From Glaucostegus cemiculus (lineage: Eukaryota), in NCBI GenBank assembly GCA_976551045.1, contig CDPCPM010000418.1, positions 3,224,001-3,288,000 of the forward strand: a stretch of DNA of 64,000 nucleotides, given 5' to 3'. The translations under genes were made by a program, and so were the position numbers. Below the pieces are notes generated by a model that saw nothing but the letters and a program-made list of their open reading frames with translations, did no database searches and was not told where the DNA came from. Of this stretch, positions 39,801-49,575 are shown one piece after another; position 1 is the stretch's first letter, and each line of letters begins with the position of its first letter.

Positions 39801-40262
39801 TTACTCCCAATATCCCTTGCCAAAAAGCTGGAATCCACTTGATGGCCTTCTGGTGATGGCTTAGAATTTAGCACACATTGAGTTTCAGACTGAGTGGCAA
39901 AGTGATGGTTTCTTAATCTACAGGATCACTGGTTGGACTGAGTGAAACTGTGCAGTGAGCAAAGAAGAACACCAGTAAACTACAGTTCTGTTTGAAAAAG
40001 AATCAATGGACAGAAAGACCGCAGGGGACAAAAGGTTAACACAATCGTCTTAAGCATCAAAACCTTTCTCTGTAAGAAATGTAAGTTTGAGAAATGTGTT
40101 TGTGCCCATTATCTTTCCAGCAGATACTTATAGTCAGATTGATGAGCTTCATCCCATGAGAGTAAATCAAAAAGCTTACCATTTTCTGAGTTATGTTTTA
40201 TTTTCTCTTTGGGTCGACTGTCTGTGCCTTGCTTTCTTGCTGCTGTAGTATGTGTGCCCCAA

Positions 40263-40329
40263 GGAAAGCTAGGAGGTTGTACAGTTATCTCCCTTGGTAT
40301 AATTCTAAACTATACAACCTACTACCTCA
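40263..40329 (-). ncRNA. MIRLET7A2: pre-let-7a, let-7a-2 type; 5p 40308-40329, 3p 40263-40284
   Basis: Minus strand reads TGAGGTAGTAGGTTGTATAGTT-TAGAATTATACCAAGGGAGATAA-CTGTACAACCTCCTAGCTTTCC: exact let-7a-5p, a let-7a-2-like loop with the LIN28 GGAG motif, and a complementary 3p arm. It lies 1.3 kb downstream of miR-100. The paralogue number is less certain than the family. Confidence 0.96.
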
Positions 40330-41572
40330 GCCTGGGCGCACACGGTGTTTGGCTCCGTCGACCCCTGCATCAGAGGCTCAAAGAGAAGTTGGGTTGAGTA
40401 GAAAGTTGTTGCGAGAAGAGGTCAGGGATGACTCAGAGTGGTGTTGGAGGAGGAAAGAAGGGAAAGATTGCATTGCTCCAAAGTCTGAGCTTACTCTATA
40501 TACCTACAATATCTAAAGGTGTGACTGAATGACATATGCAGACCCTGAGAAGGACATACATTGAGAAATCCATAAACAGGACAACAGGACATTGTTACAG
40601 ACAGACACACACACACACACACACCTTACCAATGCACACACCTCGCTAACACACACATAAAACTCTGAACACACACATACCAAATGAACACATATATCTA
40701 TAAATACAAACATACACAGACCAGTTAGTACTCAATAACTTCAGTCCTAATTTTAAGAAAAAGACTCATTGATAAAAGTAGCTATCAATAATGTGAAGTC
40801 TCTACCCCAATCAGGCAAGTCTTATGGCCCACCAAATCACTTGTTCACCACTCCCACCTCTCCCAGCTGCCCTGCCTAAAGGAAATCTGATAGTCTCACT
40901 GACGTTCGGTCAGAGGTATTGTGCAGGCAGCTCTCGGAACACGGTATCAGTAAGGTGTGGGTGCCACAGTGAATATGCAAAACTCATTTTCATTGTCCAT
41001 TTCTGACTAAATGGCTATCCTAAAATCTGTTCCTTATTTTTTACCATTCATGGCTAGTCCCAGGTAGAAACCACATTTCATACTGATTCATAAAACCCTA
41101 TCACACCCATAAGCTTTTTGGGCCACTATTTCCAGAAGGGTAAATTAAAGACTGGGTGAAATGGTTAATTTTGGCAGGGAGTTGCCAGCTGGGAGGTCCA
41201 CATCATCACTGACTCATGGATTGGGACTTCCACATTCCTTGCCCCACCCTGCTACAAAAAACACATGATTTAAAGTTGGCCCAACTAGCTTCAGATTTGA
41301 GGAGTTTTGCCTTGAGCACAACATCGGTCAGGCAAAATGACCTGTCAAATATAATGTCATTCTATTTTACTGGTTTTCATCAAGACATTTGCTGTTGCAA
41401 CCCAGTTCTTGTACACCAACATACAAAATATGGTCTTGGAGAGCAAATAGTAGCCACCAGCCCCTACCCTGGGACCCCCTGCAGGCAAACACTCTTACAG
41501 TATCTCACATTGAGAATTGCCACTGGGAAATGACACACGTCAATGGCTGGTTGGTTCTTTACCATGTAGACA

Positions 41573-41630
41573 CAGACCTATAGACACGAGCTTGTGAGAT
41601 ACTTGAAACACAAGTTCGGATCTACGGGTT
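41573..41630 (-). ncRNA. MIR100: pre-miR-100 (miR-10/99/100 family); 5p 41609-41630, 3p 41573-41594
   Basis: Reverse complement of 41609-41630 is AACCCGTAGATCCGAACTTGTG (canonical miR-100-5p). It pairs with CAAGCTCGTGTCTATAGGTCTG across a 14-nt loop; flanks (CTGCCACT.../...TGTCT) resemble mir-100 flanks. Confidence 0.97.
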
Positions 41631-42059
41631 AGTGGCAGCTGGCTCTGCAATCTCCATTCTTTCTGGCTTCTCTTCTTTCTCTTTGTCGACTTCATCAACT
41701 TCTCCAATATGTCACTAAAGCTATTAATGTTCCTCCCTTCCATTTCCTTTCTCTAACCATCCTTTCCTCCCTCTTCAACAAAGAACAACAGTGAGTTCAG
41801 AAACCAAAGTAAAAATGTAGTGTTGAGGTAAACATGTCCTAATCTAGAGTTTTCTTCTCACTTATTGCAATTTTAAATTTACATACATCACTTTTTCTCT
41901 CAATCAAATCATACCAAAAGAGGACAAAAATGTTTTCAATATTAACTATAAAAATAATATTAAACCCAAAACACCAACATTGAAATCTGGCTGCTCTTGT
42001 ATCTACGCAGGGTCGTCTGTTGGCTCCCAGCTTCAACTCCTGGCATAAGGCGACGATAC

Positions 42060-42111
42060 CTCAGGAGACGGCATTGTATTTCGCTAGGCCGAAACCTCTG
42101 GAGTTTGAGGT
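42060..42111 (-). ncRNA. Candidate host exon upstream of miR-100
   Basis: Long pyrimidine tract ending TTGTTGCTTATACTTCAG|; moderate donor GAG|GTATCG. Confidence 0.4.
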
Positions 42112-42511
42112 CTGAAGTATAAGCAACAAAAAAAAGGAAATAAAAAGTTTGTAAAGGCTTAAAGCAAATAATTCACTGCTTTAACTGCCAGCATCAGTAA
42201 CTTGGTAGAATTAAATGCAACAACACTTCAAGATTTCTAAGACATCGAAATTAAAACTAAAATAATTTTATCCTCCAATCTTCCAGATTGAAAGTTAGAT
42301 GGGTATGTGTTTGTATGTACATAAAGTTTCTTCATTAAAATTAGTAAAATCTTAGAGATAAAGACATATAATTGAGTGAAAAATATGTTCTCATCTGAGT
42401 ATAACTGATTGGGAGAATTCTGGAAGGTTTGTTTTGTACCATAGCAGGCTCCTTGGCTGGCAACCCAGCCTCCTTCTGCATGCCAAGCTTGGACACAGTC
42501 TTTGTCCTGCT

Positions 42512-42513
<2 letters not shown>

Positions 42514-42568
<55 letters not shown>
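42514..42568. repeat. (CT)n microsatellite
   Basis: CT run with one phase slip. Confidence 0.95.
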
Positions 42569-42569
<1 letters not shown>

Positions 42570-42628
42570 TTCACCCCCACCTTCATTCTTATTCCCAAAA
42601 AAATGAAGGACTTTTACTTGAGACTTAC

Positions 42629-42684
42629 GGCTTAAGTCTCATAAACAGACACACTCCCATTCAACGAAAGATTCCGAAAGGGAT
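42629..42684 (-). ncRNA. Candidate host exon (56 nt)
   Basis: CATTTCAG| acceptor and consensus CC|GTAAGT donor. Confidence 0.35.
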
Positions 42685-42699
42685 CTGAAATGTCCAGTT

Positions 42700-43145
42700 G
42701 GACTGTGGTAGCACACTACCCCACCCGCTTCCGATAGCAAAACGGTGCATGGAAAACGTTCTGTTTAAATGCAGAAACATTCACCTCACCTTTCTCCTCG
42801 CTCTCCGTTGGAAGGATGAAAAGAATAACAAAAATATAAAATTTTGACATAAATCCAAATGCAGGGCAATTGTTTTGGAGGATGGAAGGGATTCAAATAG
42901 ATCTTTACCTCAGCCCTTCCCGCTCCAATTTCCCCTGCACCCCCTTCACTCACCATACTGTACCCACCCATCCCATTTCACTCCCCTTTGTTCAGCATAG
43001 GTCCTGCCTCATTTTAAGGCACGCTGCCTTTTATGACAAGAAGGCCTACCCTGAAGGTAGTACTGCCAACGTGTGCGCGTGCACACATGCGCGAGCACAC
43101 ACATATGCACGCATGCACGCACACACACGCACGGATGCATGTGTG

Positions 43146-43187
<42 letters not shown>

Positions 43188-45250
43188 TGCTCTGAGCAGA
43201 ATCTAGTGTAATTCCATATTACAGAAAAGAGGGAGGAGAAACAGACACCAGCAAAGGAGGGGGGAAGGGGTGCTGGAATCCATTCTGTAATCCATAAAGG
43301 TCACCCAATAGACTTTTATCCTACGCAAATGGAATCGGTTTCCCCTGTAACTGAATTCACTGACTGCATAAGCCAGCTGTTTCTTCTTTCTATCTAAAAA
43401 AAGTGGCAATTGCGATTCTTTTTCCTGCTTGACTGAGGATCAGGATGGGAACGTTTGCCTTGATTTTTCAACAAAACAAAAATAGCAAAACAAAGGACAA
43501 GTACGAATTGTCAAATGAAAGTGAGTTTAGGAGTGGGACCCATCCATTCCAACGTTGCCCCAGCCAAGGAAAGCAGGCATGAGGCAATGCCCAGACACTG
43601 CACATTCTTATCCACTTCAATGACAGAACCACTTGGTTAATGGACAACCGTCAGCAGAGAGAGCGAGCAAAAGACTTGCTGCCTCACAAAGACTGGAGAA
43701 TATACGCACATGCACACACACGCACACATACACACTCACACACACACTTGCACAACGCAGACAAACTTGGCTATTCAATTGTAAGTAAACTTTTTTCTTT
43801 TTGTTGGTCTTAAGCATTAAATAAGCATGAAGGGGTGGAAAGAAAGAAAGAGGTAGAGATCGCGAATGAGAGAGTGAAAGAGAGAGAGCGCGCAAAGGGC
43901 TTATTGTGGATCTTGGCACAATACATGAAGCCTAACAATCTGAATTTCAAAATCAGATGGTACCCTGTGAATCTTGAATGCAAAGAGAGGACAAAACTGC
44001 TTTGAAATGCAGTTCTGGTGCCAAGTAATTTTAACACTTTCGAGTCAAGAGGCCCAGGTCAGGAAAGCAATAGAAAAGATAGGGTGAACACAGGCAACCG
44101 TGTGTAGATGTTTGCACCCTGCCAGAATGAACAATATGAAGTAACTCTAGCACTGTAAAGATATTAACAGTTGTCCCGCTTTACATCCATAACTTATCCG
44201 TTCAAACCGGAGACTTTCCGTAAGCCCTATAACTTGAGAACTACATTCAAAGTAACCACTGCCGTTTCATAATACAATGGCGAAGGGGAAACAGGAACGG
44301 GAAAACGTTCGAAAACGCAAGTCAAAACAAACAAAAATAAACCCCAGTTCCCTCAAAAATGACCTGGGCACATTGTGTCCAAGGCACTGTTGTCTTTAAC
44401 TCACCAGGAACGTCCAAACATTCCCAATATTGTTTTACGCTGCGCAGAGGGGGGTGAGAAGCTGGGGTCTTTTTGGAAGAAGGGCCAAGGATTCATTCAG
44501 CGATTGTCCAGTCGTGGTCGATGCAAACAGATAAAAAGAAGGCTTCTTTTTACCAAAATAAATAAGTAAATAAAGCGATTATAGTGAACCCACAGCTTGT
44601 AGAAAAATATTAAAACAAAAATTAACGTCAACTGAAACTAACCTCCCAACCCCTAAAAGCAACACCCCCCAAAAAGTCGTCTAGAGTCCCAGAACTGTTG
44701 TTCTGGTCTCTGGTTTAACTGCGCATCAAGAGGCAACATCTGTTTGTAAAATCGCCAACACTGAGCCTTTCGATTTTTTTTTTGGCATGCGTTTTAGAAG
44801 CAGAGAGCCATGACAGGGAGGAGAGAGTATTCACAAGCAGCTCGACAGCACCACAACGCCTTTCATAATCCCATTTTTTTCTCCCTCTATCGTTCGGGTT
44901 TAACAAGCGGCCTCTTCCTATGAGTTAACAGCTGGATTGGAGGCACAGAGTTCCAACATACCTTCACCCAGCAAGGACAAGGCAGTTCCTGAAGGAGCTC
45001 TTTTCCCCCCTCTCTCTTGCGAAGTCAACGACTAATTTTTATTGTATGTGTGTACGCACAGAAGGGGGTGGGGGAGTGTTTGGGTGCGGGGGGGGGGTTG
45101 CGGTTGTGGCACAGTGGAGGGCTGATGCATCTTTGCACAGTCTTTTCAGTACCAACTGAGAAAAGAAGGGGGGTTTGTGGGGTGTGAGGTGGGGGCGGAT
45201 AAGGTCAGAACTGAATGATTAAAGTCTCAAGGGCTTTGCCAACTCTGTGG
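42700..45250 (-). promoter_or_regulatory. Putative upstream promoter/first-exon region of the tricistron
   Basis: CpG-enriched with no recognisable interspersed repeats. Strong minus-strand donors end candidate exons at 42790 (AAG|GTGAGG), 44405 (CTG|GTGAGT) and 44962 (AAG|GTATGT). G-tracts and microsatellites present. Confidence 0.45.
43069..43190. repeat. Alternating purine-pyrimidine tract (CA/CG/TG mix ending in (CA)n)
   Basis: acgtgtgcgcgtgcacacatgcgcg...gcgcgcgcacacac...acgtgtgc. Confidence 0.9.
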
Positions 45251-45254
45251 CCAG

Positions 45255-45630
45255 AAGCAGAAAGAGATGCAGAGAGAACGATGAGTAACTTAGAAAGACA
45301 GAGAGACAGAGAGAGAAGGGAGGGACCATGATGACATGATAAAGACAAAGATCGAGGCAAAGAGAGAGAGAGAGAGAACGAGACAGAGAGAGAAGTGAGA
45401 CTGGGAGACAGAAAGCAACAGAGAGAAAATGGAGAGGTGGTGAGAGAGAGGAAAGGGGGAGAGGGCAGGATGGAGTGTGGAAGGGAGGGAGGGATAGAAT
45501 GTAAAGGAGAAATGAGAAAAAAGAAGCAATGAAGAGATGAAAGGTAAGGTAAGAGGGAGCAATAGAGAGAAGAAGTGGAGAGAAAAGGTGATAAAATAAG
45601 AGACAATGGGAGGGAGGGAAAGAGGAAGAA
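45255..45630. repeat. GA-rich low-complexity polypurine tract
   Basis: Strong A/G bias with (GA)n patches. Confidence 0.85.
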
Positions 45631-46012
45631 ACAATAATATACATGCTATGTGCATCAGAGCCGGCCTTAATTATTTAAAAATAAATATTGGGGAGCATTT
45701 CTCATGAGAAAGAGAGAGATGCTGCATAAAATATCTAGTTAAATGAATATACACTCTTAAAATGCCCTCATACAGAACAAATGCATACAAAATAACCAGG
45801 CATGTTACTATGGAGACTTGTGTAAACTCTTGAGCACAGGCATGAATCTTGGCCTTTCCCCCATATCCCATCTTGCATTCTGCTCACGGATTACTGCGGC
45901 AGCACTACACCAATCATGGACATTAATCTCCAGCTTCAAATGTGCTGACTGGGAAGGAAGCAGCTCGGGATCATTTTTCAAACTGAAAACCTAATTTGCA
46001 GCATTGCACAGA

Positions 46013-46014
<2 letters not shown>

Positions 46015-46094
<80 letters not shown>
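46015..46094. repeat. (CA)n microsatellite
   Basis: Long CA run with one interruption. Confidence 0.95.
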
Positions 46095-46097
<3 letters not shown>

Positions 46098-48539
46098 AGT
46101 ATGAGAAAGTGAATCAAAATAAGGGACTGCTTAGGCAAAGGTGGGGGGGAGGGATTCAAACTGGAGTACAGTGTGGGGACATACCACCCTCCCCTCTCCC
46201 CCACCCAGCCCTCTTCTCCACATATCTGATTACTTTATCACCGGAGGTCTCTCACCAAATCTTCCAGTGCCCAGGTCTGCTGCCAGGCAATTGAGATGTC
46301 AGAAGAGCCACCAGCTCTCATGCAGCAGTGGTGGACATTTTAACAGGCAGGAACAATGAATTGTTCATACCCTTACAGTCTAGCCAATGGTTTGAAGACA
46401 GCGACACATCTGAAGGCAACATCAGCCAAGCAAAACACCAGACAGTGCAGCATAAGCAATTCTTCAATTAGTAGGGTTTTTTTTGCAAGAGAATACAGAG
46501 AAACTAACATTTTAGATTTTGGAACTGTAGTGATTTTGTTTACATTTTCTGTACATTCCATCGCTGTAGTCCAAATCCCATGGCATATCCAACAGCATGA
46601 TTAACAGAAGGCAACAGCATGTTTAGGTATCCAATTAAACTTCACACACATTACTTGCGATGGGGTAAAATGAGTACCACTGTGCTGTGTTAATGCATTT
46701 GAGGGAGGAGTGTTGCCAGAGAACAATTCCAGCCTCCAAAATACTGGAACATTCACAGTCAAATAATACAGAAAAATGTCCTCTCTCTTCCCCAACATCC
46801 CACCCCTTCTCCAGAAAACAGGAGCATGCTCAAATTTCAGGAATAAAACTGTTCACCCTCTAACAATTTTTGAGCTCACTCTGGCCCCCAACTGTGTCTC
46901 CCTCACCTCATTTAGCTTTGCATGTTAGATTAATCTTCATATTAAAGAAAATTACATCACTCTCGCTCTCACATACACAATACAAGCACATGCATTTAAT
47001 TTTAAGCAGCCACTCCATGGCTGTGGCCTTAGATCCTGTGCTCTGATAACTCGATCCAGCGCTGACTGAAATGGGTTAAAAAAAATTTGAAGAGAGAAAA
47101 AAAAGTTGTCTGGAACCGAACTCTTGCCTTCTGTGATTTAACAGCGAAGAGCGCAAGACAAGCTGGCTGCATAGCAACCTGAGATTGGCAGGCAGCCAAC
47201 TCATTTCACTAGCAATTGATTGTGGCACTTAGCCATCAGACCAGGGCCTCAAAGACCAGTACCATCATGCATCTGACATTCACAGCCTGGCCCTCTGCCA
47301 AAGATAAATTCTCTATTAAAAGAGAGAGAGAAAGAGAGATGGAGAGCTGCTAAATGCTGATTTAAAATGAAAGATAATACCTGGCCAGCCAGCATCGAGA
47401 TGTCTGTGCTCTCTCTTTCTATATGATTTTATATCTTTTTCTTTTCACTTGTCAGCTTGCTTCACATGACTTCAGTTTTGTCAGTATGTACCCTGGCAAA
47501 TAAACCACTAGACTAAGCATTAGACGGCGCTCTGCTATGCACTGTTCCCTAACCTTAGTTAACTCTCCTCCCACTTCTCTGGCTCCAGCCCTTTGCGAGC
47601 CGGAGGAAGTGGGGTGCTGAGTGCAAATGCTGATCACCTACGGTGCAAAGTGACCTCTGAACTTTACTCCCCGCTCATTAAATGAAATTTTAAAGCAGCA
47701 TTAGTACTTCAGTTGTTTCTCCGTTTGGGGAACCAGTGCCAATTCCTATTTAAGACCCTATTTTTGCAAACAATTCTGATCGAAGAGTTTTTGATTCAAA
47801 AGATAAATCTCATGCCAAGCGATTAGATTTACAATGAACTTAGTTGATGCAGCCATATTTCCACACCTTCTTGTAGGTTTTAACAGCTGGTCAATCCTGT
47901 TTCTAGCACAGTTAAATCTTCCGGTCCTTAACATTTTATTTTCTCTATATAGTTTACATTTCAACCAGTTATAAAATTATAACTACTTCCTCTCTAATAA
48001 TCTTTTCAAAGGATGTAGCTTTGTTGGATATTAAAGGATGTTTGCTGCACTAACAATGTTCTGTTTCAAGCACAAAGGTGGTTGAAATCTGTCACCGTGT
48101 TATTGCAATATCATTGGATCCAGCCCCTGTCTTTCTCCCAAACCAAAAACACTTTTCCACAAAGAGGACCCCTTCGAACATCTAAAGTGGTCCTGACAAA
48201 GGGGAAAAGACAGCAGAACTTGCCATTATATATTAGTGTGAGTGTTAGCCTGATGGAAAAGCAAGCTGAGTGTGAGAGTGAGTCTGGTATGAGTGAGAGA
48301 TCAGTGAGAGAGGGTGCCTGTCTAAGTGTAAGCTAAATGTAAAAGTAAGCCTGACACAGGTATGTGAGAGTGAACCCAATCTGTGAGCTGAGAATAAGAC
48401 TGACCCTGTTGTGATGTGTCTTATGAGAATGAGCCCATGCGAGTGTGAGCTGAGTGTGTTAGCTTGAGATGAGGGTGCGCTGATTGTGAGAATGAAACTG
48501 ATGTGAGTGTGAGCAGTGTGTGTGTGTGACTCAGCATTT

Positions 48540-49575
48540 GCTTTTGTGCATAAACCTGATAGAATTTTCTAAAATGATGACTAAAGTACAGGATCAGCAG
48601 AATGTCAATGGAAGCTCTTAATATGGATCTCCAGAAAGCATTTGATAAAGTTCCTCATTGGAGTCTGTCAGCTAAACAGAGCTCTCAGAAATGCAGGGAA
48701 ATTATTGAGTTGCTGTCTAAGTGGCAGGAGGAAGAGAGCAGAGGCAATGAGCAGGTACTGTAGGCTCTGACTACTGGTGATTTGCAAGGATCTATTTTGG
48801 GGCCACAACTTCTCAATGTAATAATTAAACAACAAGAAGATATTAATAGCTTGTGTATAGACAAAACTGAAGCAAATAGACTACAGTTCTATTTAAAAAA
48901 TGAAGAACTTCCTAAATGTTGAAAACTTAGAAGCCACAGGAGTTCAAAGGAACCTCAGGGTCCCTTACAGAATCATCAGTATCTGCAGAAAATAATCAGT
49001 AAGGCTTGTGGAATGTGAGTCATTCTATCTTGAGGACTGGAGTACAGGTGGGTAGAAGTCATGCTGCAGTTATATGAAGTTTGGGCTCTGTATCTTAAGG
49101 TCATGTAATCCTTGGAGACGTTGTCCAGGGTAACAGGTTACCCAGGATCCATGGACTAAATAACAAACAGAGATTATAGAAATTGTTGCTTTCCTTGGAA
49201 TTTAGTGAATCAAGTCATCATTTTATTCAAATTTTCTATAGCTTTATGGCAATAGATGGGGTGAATGGAAAGAATCTATTTCCAATGGTTGGCAAGTCTA
49301 GGACTTGGGGGATTCATTGAAAAATTAAAGCCGTGCTTTTCAGGAGTGTAGTTAGAAAATATTTCAGCACACAGACGGTGGCAGTGATTTCGAACTTCCT
49401 TCTGCAAATGGCAAATTATATGAGCTCATTTGTTAACTGCAAATCTGAAACTGATAAATTTTGATAACCAAATATATGAAGGGATGGAAGGGCATATGGA
49501 GTTCAGTCACAAGTCAAACATGATCTCACTGACTGGTGGAACAAATCTAAGGGACAGAGTGACTTCCAGATCCTA
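48540..49575 (+). mobile_element. Degenerate CR1-clade LINE (RT to 3' end)
   Basis: atggatctccagaaagcatttgataaagttcctcat encodes MDLQKAFDKVPH; then a QGSILGP-like motif and CR1 C-terminal/3' sequence. Confidence 0.8.

Larger units (their letters stand above)
16578..45000 (-). ncRNA. MIR100HG: MIR100HG-like host transcript (pri-miRNA/lncRNA), extent approximate
   Basis: Three co-oriented miRNAs in the conserved order miR-100, let-7, miR-125, plus many strong minus-strand splice sites in repeat-poor blocks. The ends cannot be fixed from sequence. Confidence 0.7.

Noticed and set aside
16578-45000. Alternative first exons of a known protein-coding regulator (e.g. ELAVL, LMO, NFI types)
   Set aside because: No exon translates to a family I recognise; the miRNA tricistron explains the exon-like and conserved-looking sequence.
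45205-45655. Three overlapping Leu/Ser/Phe-rich ORFs resembling membrane proteins
   Set aside because: Stop-poor polypyrimidine strand of a low-complexity tract; the same applies to 4588-4993.
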